In this document: positions 26,257-35,002 of the stretch, one piece after another
Position numbering within the stretch: position 1 is the stretch's first letter
How the letters are laid out: every line of letters starts with the position of its first letter
Assembly (NCBI GenBank): GCA_964435285.1
Contig: CAYSYA010000002.1
Location: 38,900 to 102,899 of the forward strand
Direction of reading: 5' to 3'
Length of the DNA: 64,000 nucleotides
DNA from: an uncultured Flavobacteriales bacterium
GTDB lineage: Bacteria > Bacteroidota > Bacteroidia > Flavobacteriales > TMED113
Notes under the pieces: generated by a model
Seen by the model: the letters and a program-made list of their open reading frames with translations, nothing else
Databases searched by the model: none
What the model was told of the DNA's origin: nothing
Program-made: the position numbers and the translations under genes

Positions 26257-27288
26257 ATGAAAAAAATATTCTTTTGTTTTTTGATGACTATAATTTCTTT
26301 TTCTCAAAGTTGGATATATAAAGAAGATGGAAATGCTTTTGATGGTAATTATAAGTTTGCTGCTGTAGAGGGTAAAGGTTCAGATTTTCCTTATAATAAC
26401 CCTATATTATATATTAGGAAATTTGATAACGGAGAGCCTGAATTTTTTCTAACCGGAGCAGGTTTTTTTTCTTATTCTCGCCCAATTGTTCTTTTTAATT
26501 TTGATGATGAAGATAATATATATAAATCGATAGATAATGGCTATTCTGCTGACGGAGACGCTATTTTTTTTAATGAACTTGATATAAGTTTTTATGAAAT
26601 GTTTAAAAAAATTAAGAATGGCAATAAACTTTTTATTAGGGTTCAAAATGAAAATGGAAAAAATGATATAGAATTTAGTTTATCAGGTAGTTCTAAAGCT
26701 GTTAATTTTGTTATAGATAGAGAATTATTTGAACAACTAAAGCAAGAATCACTTGATGAGCAGCCAGATGATCAAGAGTCTTTTTTAGATATTATTAATG
26801 AAGTTGTGGTTATTGAATCAGATGTTGAAATTGAAGAAGAATTAGAAATTGAGGACATTGATACCGAAGATGAAGAGGAAATAGAATTTGAAGAAGAAGA
26901 GGAAGTTGATGAAGTAATTGATTTTGCTGTAGTAGAAGGATCTCCAATTTTTCCAGGTTGTAAGCCTAGTAAGAAAAAAAATATTTCAGATAGAAAAGAA
27001 GAGGACATGCAGTGTTTAAACAAGGGAATCATGAAGCATATTAAGAAAAACTTTAAGTATCCTGAAATTGCTAAACAAATGGGCATACAAGAGAAAATTT
27101 ATGTCACGTTTGTAATAAATAAAAATGGTGAAATTACAGATGTAAGGGTTTTAAGAGGGGAGGATAAATATTTAAAAGAAGAAGCAATTAGATTAGTTAA
27201 AAGTTTACCTAAGATGATACCGGGAAATCAGAGAGGAGAGCCTGTTGCTGTTAATTATATGATACCTATCAATTTTATGTTGAATTAA
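26257..27288 (+). CDS. Secreted TonB C-terminal-domain protein with acidic linker
   Basis: Signal peptide, a ~150-aa domain of unknown function and a D/E-rich linker (EEELEIEDIDTEDEEEIEFEEEEEVDE). The TonB_C-like module follows: FPGC...MQCLNKGIMKHIKKNFKYPEIAKQMGIQEKIYVTFVINKNGEITDVRVLRG...PVAVNYMIPINF. Confidence 0.65.
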   Translation: MKKIFFCFLMTIISFSQSWIYKEDGNAFDGNYKFAAVEGKGSDFPYNNPILYIRKFDNGEPEFFLTGAGFFSYSRPIVLFNFDDEDNIYKSIDNGYSADGDAIFFNELDISFYEMFKKIKNGNKLFIRVQNENGKNDIEFSLSGSSKAVNFVIDRELFEQLKQESLDEQPDDQESFLDIINEVVVIESDVEIEEELEIEDIDTEDEEEIEFEEEEEVDEVIDFAVVEGSPIFPGCKPSKKKNISDRKEEDMQCLNKGIMKHIKKNFKYPEIAKQMGIQEKIYVTFVINKNGEITDVRVLRGEDKYLKEEAIRLVKSLPKMIPGNQRGEPVAVNYMIPINFMLN

Positions 27289-28979
27289 AGTTGTATTTTT
27301 TCTAAGGTAATTTTTAGAATATCTTTCTCTAATTTTATTGCTGATTCTTTTATTTTTTCTGCTTTATTTAAGAATTTATTAACTAGTTTTTTATCAGTTA
27401 GATCTTTACAATTAATTTTAACATTTAAATATCCTCCAATAACTGCTGATCTAGCGCATAATGCTCCAACACCAGCGTCACTAACAGAGTTTGGATTTCC
27501 ATTTTTTGCCATTTCCATGATTAAATCCATTGATTCTAATGATGTTCTCATTATTTCTAAAGGAACTTCAATCGCATGAATGGTAGCTTTTTTAATTGCC
27601 TCTTCTTTAATTTGTTTTTCTTTTGAGTCACTGTCAGGTAGTCTAAATGCATGCATTATTTGATTAAATGATTCTGTGTCTTTATCTACGAGTTCTAATA
27701 ATTTTTTTATATGTTTTTGCCCTTTTTCTGCAATATTTGAGAATTCTTCCCATCTATCATCCCAGCCTCTTTTATGACTAGATAAATTAGCTACCATAGT
27801 ACCTAGAGATATCCCTAAACTACCTAAATATGCAGAAACGGACCCCCCCCCTGGAGCAGGTGCTTCAGAAGCTGTTTTTTGTGCAAAATCTACTAAACTA
27901 AGGCTACACAATTCTGTATTATCATTATTGATGTTATATTCTATAATTTTTTCATTTGGATTAAAATCTTCTAATTCATCTAATCCCATTGTTTTAATAG
28001 CAATTTTGATGATTTCAGAGTCTTCAATACCAACTGATCTATTTTGTTTTTTTAAAAAATACTTACCTGCATCAAGCATAGATTGTAATGGGATTAATCC
28101 AACGAGTTCAGATCCTGTTACACGAAGACCTCTGTCTTGAGCTTTTTTACATACTTCATCAAATACAATATGAATGGGCGTTTCTTTTATATTTGTTAAA
28201 TTCATAGAAATTTGAGCTACACCATATTCTTCAATAAACCAGCCAATTGCTTTAACATGTTTTAGTGAGCCTGGTTTCCAAATAGTATTTCCTTGTTTAT
28301 CTTTTAGTATTTTTCCAGTTAATGTACCTCCTTCTCTTGAAATTCTTCCTTTTTCTCTGATATCAAAGGCGACAGCATTTGCTCTTCTAGTTGATGTAGT
28401 ATTTAAGTTTATATTGTATGCAATCAAAAAATCTCTAGCTCCAATTGCGGTAGCTCCTGTTTTTTTAGCTATATCAAAAGAAGTTGAGCCGAAGTCAGGT
28501 TTCCATTCTTTTTGCTTTAATTTCTCTTCTAAAGCTTCATATTCACCAGATCTAATGTTAGCAAGATTTTTTCGCTCTGGTTTTGTTGCAGCATCTTCGT
28601 ATAGATAAACAGGTATATTTAATTCTTCACCAACACGTTTTCCAAGTTTTTTTGCATAGTTAACAGTTTCTTTCATACTAATTCCTGAAATAGGTATGAG
28701 AGGGCAAACGTCAGTAGCTCCCATCCTAGGATGTTCACCTGTTTGTTTGCTCATATCTATTAACTCAGAAGCTTTTTTTATTGTTTGAAATGCCGCTTCA
28801 ATAACTTTTTCAGGTTCACCTACGAAAGTAACTACAGTTCTATTTGTTGCTTCTCCAGGTTCAACACTTAATAATTTTACTCCTTCAACTAATTTAATTT
28901 GATTAGTGATTTCATCAATAATAGATTTGTCTCTTCCATTTGAAAAATTAGGAACACACTCAATAATTTTTTTTTCCAT
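27285..28979 (-). CDS. ftcD: Bifunctional glutamate formimidoyltransferase / formiminotetrahydrofolate cyclodeaminase
   Basis: The N-terminus IECVPNFSNGRD marks the formiminotransferase domain. The C-terminal ~200 aa has the cyclodeaminase motif EAPAPGGGSVSAYLGSLG. Confidence 0.85.
   Translation of the reverse strand: MEKKIIECVPNFSNGRDKSIIDEITNQIKLVEGVKLLSVEPGEATNRTVVTFVGEPEKVIEAAFQTIKKASELIDMSKQTGEHPRMGATDVCPLIPISGISMKETVNYAKKLGKRVGEELNIPVYLYEDAATKPERKNLANIRSGEYEALEEKLKQKEWKPDFGSTSFDIAKKTGATAIGARDFLIAYNINLNTTSTRRANAVAFDIREKGRISREGGTLTGKILKDKQGNTIWKPGSLKHVKAIGWFIEEYGVAQISMNLTNIKETPIHIVFDEVCKKAQDRGLRVTGSELVGLIPLQSMLDAGKYFLKKQNRSVGIEDSEIIKIAIKTMGLDELEDFNPNEKIIEYNINNDNTELCSLSLVDFAQKTASEAPAPGGGSVSAYLGSLGISLGTMVANLSSHKRGWDDRWEEFSNIAEKGQKHIKKLLELVDKDTESFNQIMHAFRLPDSDSKEKQIKEEAIKKATIHAIEVPLEIMRTSLESMDLIMEMAKNGNPNSVSDAGVGALCARSAVIGGYLNVKINCKDLTDKKLVNKFLNKAEKIKESAIKLEKDILKITLEKIQL
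27843..27851 (-). repeat. G9 homopolymer (C9 on + strand) inside ftcD, encoding Gly-Gly-Gly as GGG GGG GGG
   Basis: Read directly: 27841 gaCCCCCCCCCtgg. It is in frame with ftcD (28979-27851 is divisible by 3). It is the longest G/C run I noticed in the window. Confidence 0.95.
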
Positions 28980-28981
28980 GA

Positions 28982-29902
28982 TTAATCTTCTCTAAAAATA
29001 GATACGGCACCAGACTTTACTTTGATTTTATTTTGGTCAGTGAATTCATTTAAGATAAATTCAAGTCTGTAGAAATAAACTCCTTCTTTACAATCAGCAT
29101 TACTTTTTCTTCTTTTTCCGTTCCAAGGTTGGTTATATCCTTCTGATTTATAAACAGTTCTTCCAATTCTATCATATACTCTTAACAAGTATTTGGTTGC
29201 ACTACAATTGATATTTGTTTCCAATGTTCTTTCTAGATCACCTTCTGGAAATAAATCGTTTACTCCGTCTCCGTCAGGAGTAAATACATTGGGAATAGTA
29301 AACTCACAATTACATTCGTTAATTGTGATAGATACTTCATCAGATTGTTCTGTTCCACAGGAATTTGTTACTTCAACGAAATAATAATTTTCATCATTTA
29401 AATTATATTCTGTTTGTAAAACATTAATTTGTGATGTTGTGATTCCAGTTGAAATTCCATTTAAAAACCATTCATATGTATCTGAGGAGTTTTGTGTAGT
29501 TGCGTTAAGTGTAATGTCCTCATCAGTAACGCACATTGTAACTTTGTCATTAGAGTAGTTTTCTATATCTATTTGGGCAATGGGAAAATCTAAGTATACT
29601 ATTTGAATTGTATCATAAAATAAATTAGTTCCATCTGTTCCTTCCCAAGCAATATAGTCAACATCAGCCCAAACACTGTTAATATCTACAGTTAGTGTAC
29701 CTGTGGTATGAATTAATGGATTTTCTTCTGGAGTAAAAGGTAATTCATACCAAAAAATAACGTCAAAACCCTCAGGGGTATTTAATTCTATAGATTCTTC
29801 TCCACACAATTCATAAATATCTTCAAAAGGATATTCATCTACAATTTGAGCGGATAAAATTGATGATATTAAAACAAAAACAAAAAGGGAATTTTTTTTC
29901 AT
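28982..29902 (-). CDS. T9SS type-B (CHU_C / gliding-motility C-terminal) sorting-domain protein
   Basis: Signal peptide plus a C-terminal ~95 aa: FTIPNVFTPDGDGVNDLF...LRVYDRIGRTVYKSEGYNQPWNGK...GVYFYRLEF, matching the TIGR04131-type domain as I remember it. The N-terminal region is Ig-like and beta-rich. Confidence 0.8.
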   Translation of the reverse strand: MKKNSLFVFVLISSILSAQIVDEYPFEDIYELCGEESIELNTPEGFDVIFWYELPFTPEENPLIHTTGTLTVDINSVWADVDYIAWEGTDGTNLFYDTIQIVYLDFPIAQIDIENYSNDKVTMCVTDEDITLNATTQNSSDTYEWFLNGISTGITTSQINVLQTEYNLNDENYYFVEVTNSCGTEQSDEVSITINECNCEFTIPNVFTPDGDGVNDLFPEGDLERTLETNINCSATKYLLRVYDRIGRTVYKSEGYNQPWNGKRRKSNADCKEGVYFYRLEFILNEFTDQNKIKVKSGAVSIFRED

Positions 29903-29938
29903 AATTCAATTTAATCGATTCAAAGATACAAAGTTTAA

Positions 29939-31201
29939 TTATTTTGTGTTGTAATCATTGTATAATTTTCCTTGTATTATTACCTTTTTTATTAAAGATT
30001 TACCAAAAGAATAGGGAATAAATGCGTTTGAAGGAAGTTTTTCTGTTATAATTAGGTTGGCTATTTTACCTTTTTCAATACTCCCGAGCTCATTTTGAAC
30101 TTCCATTGCATGTGCACCATTTATTGTTACCGCATTAATCGCCTCCTCTGGAGTCATTTTTAATTTTATACATGCAAGGGATAAAATGAACTCAATATTA
30201 CCTGATGGAGACGATCCAGGGTTGTAATCACTTGCCAATGTAATTGGTAATCCAGAATCAATCATTTTTCTTGCTGGAGGATAAATTAAGCCAAGAAAAA
30301 AAGCAGTACTTGGTAATAGGGTAGGTATGGTTTGAGAATTTTTTAAACATTTTATTTCTTTTTCTGATGTGAATTCTAAATGGTCTACAGAAATTGCTCC
30401 CATTTTTACTCCAACTTGGATGCCACCTGAAAAGTCTAATTCATTGGCATGGATTTTTCCTTTTAAACCGTAATTTAAACCAGCTTTTAATATTTTTTCT
30501 GTTTGTTCTGGGGAAAAAAAACCTTTATCACAAAATACATCTATATAATCTGCTAATTTCTCATTAGCTATTTCAGGAATCATTTCATTAATTATTTTTT
30601 GAACATATTGGTCAGGATTTTCTTTATAACTTTTTGGAATTGCATGGGCTCCTAAAAAGGTTGATTTAACTGTAATAGGGCTTGTTTCTTTGATTTTTTT
30701 TATAACTCTCAACATCTTAATTTCTTGTTCAGTATCAAGACCGTATCCACTCTTAATCTCAATTGCTCCTGTTCCACCTTTTATAACTTCATCAATTCTT
30801 TTTATGGATTGATTATATAAATCATCTTCAGAGGTGTTTTTTAATATTAGCGAAGAGTTTAATATTCCTCCACCTTTTTTAGCTATTTCTTCGTATGATA
30901 GGCCTTTTATCTTGTCTACAAATTCTTGTTCTCTACTTCCGGAATATACAATGTGAGAATGACTATCGCACCATGATGGTAATACTGTTCCTTCATCTGC
31001 ATCTATTATATTAAACTCATTCCAATCATCAATTCCTTCCCAATTATCCATACCTCCAAAATCAAAAATTCTATTGTCTTTTATTTTTAACCAGGCATTT
31101 TTTATGAAGGGTAATTTTTTCATTTCACTACCTTTTTTTAACTCTGAATTAGAGCTAACTGTAATCAATGAGCCTATATTTTTAATTAATGTTTTTTTCA
31201 T
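29939..31201 (-). CDS. hutI: Imidazolonepropionase
   Basis: Track ORF trimmed to MKKTLIKNIGSLITV (ATG at 31201). Metal ligands are CDSHSHIVY (HxH), with IHANE and ASDYNPGSSP also present. Confidence 0.88.
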   Translation of the reverse strand: MKKTLIKNIGSLITVSSNSELKKGSEMKKLPFIKNAWLKIKDNRIFDFGGMDNWEGIDDWNEFNIIDADEGTVLPSWCDSHSHIVYSGSREQEFVDKIKGLSYEEIAKKGGGILNSSLILKNTSEDDLYNQSIKRIDEVIKGGTGAIEIKSGYGLDTEQEIKMLRVIKKIKETSPITVKSTFLGAHAIPKSYKENPDQYVQKIINEMIPEIANEKLADYIDVFCDKGFFSPEQTEKILKAGLNYGLKGKIHANELDFSGGIQVGVKMGAISVDHLEFTSEKEIKCLKNSQTIPTLLPSTAFFLGLIYPPARKMIDSGLPITLASDYNPGSSPSGNIEFILSLACIKLKMTPEEAINAVTINGAHAMEVQNELGSIEKGKIANLIITEKLPSNAFIPYSFGKSLIKKVIIQGKLYNDYNTK

Positions 31202-31238
31202 GTTTTGAAATATATTACAAGATAAAAAATACAATTGA

Positions 31239-31246
31239 TATATTTG
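31239..31246 (+). promoter_or_regulatory. Candidate -7 promoter element TAnnTTTG (TATATTTG) upstream of aroC
   Basis: Exact consensus match ending 8 nt before the ATG at 31255, which would imply a very short leader or a leaderless mRNA. Confidence 0.3.
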
Positions 31247-31254
31247 TTTATCAT

Positions 31255-32349
31255 ATGTCTAATACTTTTGGTTCAATATTACGGATAATTACTTTTGGGG
31301 AATCACATGGTGTATCTATTGGTGGGGTGATTGATGGTTTTCCTGCAGGTTTTAAAATTAATATTAGTGATGTTCAAAAAAAACTTAATTTTAGAAGGCC
31401 AGGCTTTTCTAATATTTCCACCGAACGAAAAGAAGACGATAATGTGGAGTTTTCATCAGGACTAGTTGATGGAGTGACAACAGGTGCTCCAATTGCATTT
31501 TTAATAAAAAATAACAACCAAAACCATAAAGATTACTCTAATTTAAAAAATATTTATAGGCCTTCACATGCTGATTTTACATATGAAAAAAAATATGGAA
31601 TAAGAGATTTTTTAGGAGGGGGGAGGTCATCTGCTAGAGAAACAGCTTGTAGAGTTGTTGCTGGAGAGATCGCTTCACAATTTCTAAAAACAAAAAATAT
31701 ATATATATATTCTTTTGTTTCTAGTGTTAACTCTGTAAAATTAGAAAAAAGTTATAATGAATTAGATTTATCAAAAATTTATAAAAATGATATTCGTTGT
31801 CCAGATTATGATTTAGCTAGAAAAATGAAAAAGTTGATTGAGAAAACTAAAGAGGAGGGAGATAGTTTAGGTGGTTGTATAAGTACTGTAGTTAAAGGAG
31901 TTCCAGTTGGTCTAGGAGAGCCTTTATATAATAAATTAAATGCAAACTTATCCTTTTCTATTATGAGTATTAATGCTGTAAAAGGAATTGAATTTGGTTT
32001 AGGTTTTAGTTCTTGTCAATTAAAAGGTTCTGAGTATAACGATATTTTTATTAAAAAAGATAATAAAATTGAAACAAGTTCAAATAATTCTGGGGGAATA
32101 CAGGGTGGTATCAGTAATGGCCAAGATATTTTTTTTAAAGTTGCGTTTAAGCCAACTTCAAGCATAAAAAAAAGACAAAATACTGTAAATAACAAGGGAG
32201 AAGAGGTTTCCTTTCTTAATTCGGGTAGACATGATCCTTGTGTATTACCTCGTGCGGTCCCAGTGGTTCAGGCTATGACAGCTATTTGTATAATGGATAT
32301 GTACTTATTAAACTTTTCATCTAAAATTGATAACTTAAAAAAAAAATAA
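31255..32349 (+). CDS. aroC: Chorismate synthase
   Basis: Track ORF 31189.. trimmed to the ATG at 31255. The N-terminus is MSNTFGSILRIITFGESHG, with GGGRSSARET and GRHDPCV also present. Confidence 0.9.
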   Translation: MSNTFGSILRIITFGESHGVSIGGVIDGFPAGFKINISDVQKKLNFRRPGFSNISTERKEDDNVEFSSGLVDGVTTGAPIAFLIKNNNQNHKDYSNLKNIYRPSHADFTYEKKYGIRDFLGGGRSSARETACRVVAGEIASQFLKTKNIYIYSFVSSVNSVKLEKSYNELDLSKIYKNDIRCPDYDLARKMKKLIEKTKEEGDSLGGCISTVVKGVPVGLGEPLYNKLNANLSFSIMSINAVKGIEFGLGFSSCQLKGSEYNDIFIKKDNKIETSSNNSGGIQGGISNGQDIFFKVAFKPTSSIKKRQNTVNNKGEEVSFLNSGRHDPCVLPRAVPVVQAMTAICIMDMYLLNFSSKIDNLKKK

Positions 32350-32352
32350 AAT

Positions 32353-33612
32353 ATGGCTTTACATTGGAAAATATTAATTGCTATGATTACTGGGGTCATA
32401 TGGGCTCTTGTCTCTGAAAATTTACTTTTATTAAATTCATTTAATACTAATTGGCTTGCTCCTTTTGGTGATATATTCATGAGATTATTAAAGCTTATAG
32501 CGGTTCCACTTGTTCTTTTTTCAATTATAAAAGGAGTTTCTAATCTATCAAGTATTTCTGAGCTAGGAAGAATGGGCTCTAAAACAATTCTTTTGTATTT
32601 AACAACCACTTGTTTTTCTGTTTTGATTGGTCTTTTTTTAGTTAATCAAATTGGTCCTGGGAAAGGTTTTGATATTGTCGATTTTAAAGAAAATAAAAAA
32701 GTAAGTGTTATTCAAGAGCAAGTTGAAATTAACTCTAATGAAAGTCCATTACAGTTTATAGTAGACATGGTTCCAGATAATATTTTTTACGCTCTTGGGG
32801 ATAATAAAGCTATGCTTCAAATTATATTTTTTGCTATATTTTTTGGTTCAGTATTAATTCTTATTGATAAAAGAAAAAAAGACCAGTTAGATTTATTAAT
32901 AGATTCTTTAAATGATGTTTTCTTAAAAATGGTGGATATTGTTATAAAATATTCTCCTTTTTTTATTTTTTGTTTACTAGCTGGTACGTTGTCTAAGCTT
33001 TCTTCTGGAAGCGATGGTGGTTTAATACAAATTATTATGGGATTGGGTTTGTATTCTCTTGTTGTTTTAATAGGTTTATTAACTATGGCTCTTATTATAT
33101 ATCCATTATTGATGAGGTTTTTTATTAAAAGTTTTTCATATCGTAAATTCTTTAAATCCATTTCTCCAGCTCAAATATTAGCATTTTCTACATCTTCAAG
33201 TGCAGCGACTTTGCCTGTAACTATGGATTGTGTCAATAACAATTTAAAAGTACCAAACAAAGTTTCTAGCTTTGTTTTGCCAATTGGGGCAACAGTTAAT
33301 ATGGATGGTACCAGTCTTTATCAATGTGTTGCGGTTGTTTTTTTAGCTCAAATCTTAGGTATAGACTTAGCGCTCTCAGATCAGTTATTGATAGCAATGA
33401 CGGCAGTTTTGGCTTCTATAGGATCGGCTGCAGTGCCAAGTGCTGGATTGTTTATGTTAGTTGTCGTTTTGGGTGTTACCGAAATTGACCCAGTATATAT
33501 AGCAGTCATACTTCCTGTAGATAGGATATTAGATATGTGTAGAACTGTTATAAATGTAACAGGTGATGCTTCAGTATGCTCAATTGTAAATTCTTGGATA
33601 GAGAAGAAATAA
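32353..33612 (+). CDS. Dicarboxylate/amino acid:cation symporter (DAACS, GltP-like)
   Basis: Polytopic, with signature FSTSSSAATLPVT and GATVNMDGTSLYQ. Confidence 0.85.
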   Translation: MALHWKILIAMITGVIWALVSENLLLLNSFNTNWLAPFGDIFMRLLKLIAVPLVLFSIIKGVSNLSSISELGRMGSKTILLYLTTTCFSVLIGLFLVNQIGPGKGFDIVDFKENKKVSVIQEQVEINSNESPLQFIVDMVPDNIFYALGDNKAMLQIIFFAIFFGSVLILIDKRKKDQLDLLIDSLNDVFLKMVDIVIKYSPFFIFCLLAGTLSKLSSGSDGGLIQIIMGLGLYSLVVLIGLLTMALIIYPLLMRFFIKSFSYRKFFKSISPAQILAFSTSSSAATLPVTMDCVNNNLKVPNKVSSFVLPIGATVNMDGTSLYQCVAVVFLAQILGIDLALSDQLLIAMTAVLASIGSAAVPSAGLFMLVVVLGVTEIDPVYIAVILPVDRILDMCRTVINVTGDASVCSIVNSWIEKK

Positions 33613-33613
33613 T

Positions 33614-33961
33614 TTATCTTTTCTTTTGTTTAATTCTAGCGCTTTTTCCGAATCTTTCTCTCATATAGAATATCCTTGCTCTCCTAACTCTCCCTTCTTT
33701 TTCTATGTTGATTTTTTCAATAACAGGGGAGTTGGTTGGAAAAATTCTTTCAACACCTACTCCATTAGAAACTTTTCTAATTGTAAATGTTTCTGTACTT
33801 TTTTCTCCTTTTCTTTGAAGTACAACTCCCTTAAAAAACTGAGTTCTTTCTTTCTTACCCTCTTTTACTTTGTAATAGACAGTTATTTCATCTCCTGCCT
33901 TGAAAGAAGGGTGTTGTTTTCTTTCAATTAATTCGTTATTTATTTCTTGTATTAAACTCAT
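33614..33961 (-). CDS. rplS: 50S ribosomal protein L19
   Basis: FKAGDEITVYYKVKEGKKERTQFFKGVVLQRKG...TFTIRK...GVERIFP is the classic L19 pattern. Confidence 0.93.
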   Translation of the reverse strand: MSLIQEINNELIERKQHPSFKAGDEITVYYKVKEGKKERTQFFKGVVLQRKGEKSTETFTIRKVSNGVGVERIFPTNSPVIEKINIEKEGRVRRARIFYMRERFGKSARIKQKKR

Positions 33962-33981
33962 TTTTTTATGTGTTGTGCGGG

Positions 33982-33989
33982 CAAAAGTA
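33982..33989 (-). promoter_or_regulatory. Candidate -7 promoter element TAnnTTTG (TACTTTTG on minus strand) upstream of rplS
   Basis: The plus strand reads CAAAAGTA. The motif lies ~20 nt upstream of the rplS ATG, in the 60-bp trmD-rplS gap. Confidence 0.3.
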
Positions 33990-34021
33990 CAAATTAGTTT
34001 TATAAAACAAAAAAAAGATAT

Positions 34022-34696
34022 TTAAGATTTTTCTTTTTTTTCTCTATTTTCAGTTAAAGTTATTGACTTTTTTTCTCTCCATTTCGTAATTTCCTTCTCA
34101 TTACCAGATAATAATACTTCTGGAACTTTATTTCCTTCCCAGTTAGCAGGTCTTGTATAAACAGGAGGGGCTAATAAATTATCTTGAAATGAATCAAATA
34201 AAGCAGATGTTTCATTATTCATTACGCCGGGAATTAATCTAATTATAGAATCACAAAGTACTGCAGCGGGCAACTCTCCACCGGAAACAACATATTCTCC
34301 TATTGATAACTCCAAGTCTACAAATAAATCCCTTATTCTTTGGTCAATTCCTTTGTATCTCCCGCAAATAATAATTAGATTTTTTAATTGTGATAATTTG
34401 TTTGATATTTTTTGATTGAGTTGTTTGCCGTCTGGACTCATAAATATCACTTTATTGTAATTTCTCTCTTTTTTAAGAGCCCTTATACATTCCGCTAAAG
34501 GCTCTGGTTTTAAAACCATTCCTGCTCCACCTCCAAATGAGTAGTCGTCAATTTTTTTTTGTTTATGTTTCGAATAATTTCTTAAGTCGTGAATTTCAAC
34601 TTTTACAATACCAGCTTTTATCCCTCTACTTAAAATAGATGTTTCAAAAACTCCTTTAAAAACAGAAGGTAAAGCGGAGATAATATCAATCCTCAT
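34022..34696 (-). CDS. trmD: tRNA (guanine37-N1)-methyltransferase
   Basis: MRIDIISALP, IDDYSFGGGAGMV, CGRYKGIDQR and IGEYVVSGGELPA are typical TrmD blocks. Confidence 0.92.
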   Translation of the reverse strand: MRIDIISALPSVFKGVFETSILSRGIKAGIVKVEIHDLRNYSKHKQKKIDDYSFGGGAGMVLKPEPLAECIRALKKERNYNKVIFMSPDGKQLNQKISNKLSQLKNLIIICGRYKGIDQRIRDLFVDLELSIGEYVVSGGELPAAVLCDSIIRLIPGVMNNETSALFDSFQDNLLAPPVYTRPANWEGNKVPEVLLSGNEKEITKWREKKSITLTENREKKEKS

Positions 34697-34759
34697 AAAT
34701 TATTATTTTTTCAAATTTAAAAAAAAGATTTTTAATGATTTAGGTGTTAAAATTTGATA

Positions 34760-34788
34760 TTGACAAAATGTCATATCTTCATTATAAA
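34760..34788 (+). promoter_or_regulatory. Sigma70-like TTGACA-N17-TATAAA pair overlapping a TGACA-N3-TGTCA palindrome
   Basis: Read directly: TTGACA at 34760-34765, a 17-nt spacer, then TATAAA at 34783-34788. The palindrome TGACAAAATGTCA spans 34761-34773. Function and direction are unproven, and the motif is not the usual Bacteroidetes promoter type. Confidence 0.25.
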
Positions 34789-34920
34789 ATATTAATAACC
34801 AGTGTTTTATATATATTTATATAAATAAAAGATGTAATATAATTAAAGTAAATAAATAATAGTGATTTTATGTTTAATATTAGAATTTATTAGTTGCATT
34901 AACAATCATTTTATTAAAAT

Positions 34921-35002
34921 AAATGATAGTTTTTTAATTATTTAATTTCAAATACTTAAGTTAGTTTTTCAAATTTTTAAAAATGTTCTTTAATTATTTA
35001 AT
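34921..35002. repeat. Two copies of an imperfect direct repeat AAATG..TTTAATTATTTAAT spaced 60 bp
   Basis: The exact 14-mer TTTAATTATTTAAT occurs at 34933-34946 and 34989-35002. Each copy is preceded by AAATG (34921 and 34981). Given the AT-rich context, chance occurrence cannot be excluded. Confidence 0.3.

Noticed and set aside
26772-27086. 104-aa Ser-rich ORF antisense to the TonB_C gene
   Set aside because: It is the reverse complement of the GAA/GAT-rich acidic linker, which reads as TTC/ATC/TCT-type codons. This is a compositional artefact.
33626-33931. 101-aa ORF antisense to almost the whole rplS gene
   Set aside because: It is a mirror-frame artefact of a highly conserved ribosomal protein gene, and its translation is low-complexity with no recognisable features.
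34768-34824. 18-codon hydrophobic mini-ORF (MSYLHYKILITSVLYIFI) starting inside the TGACA-N3-TGTCA palindrome; considered as a type I toxin or leader peptide
   Set aside because: ORFs of this size and composition are expected by chance in AT-rich DNA. There is no ribosome-binding context and no paired antisense structure that I can support.
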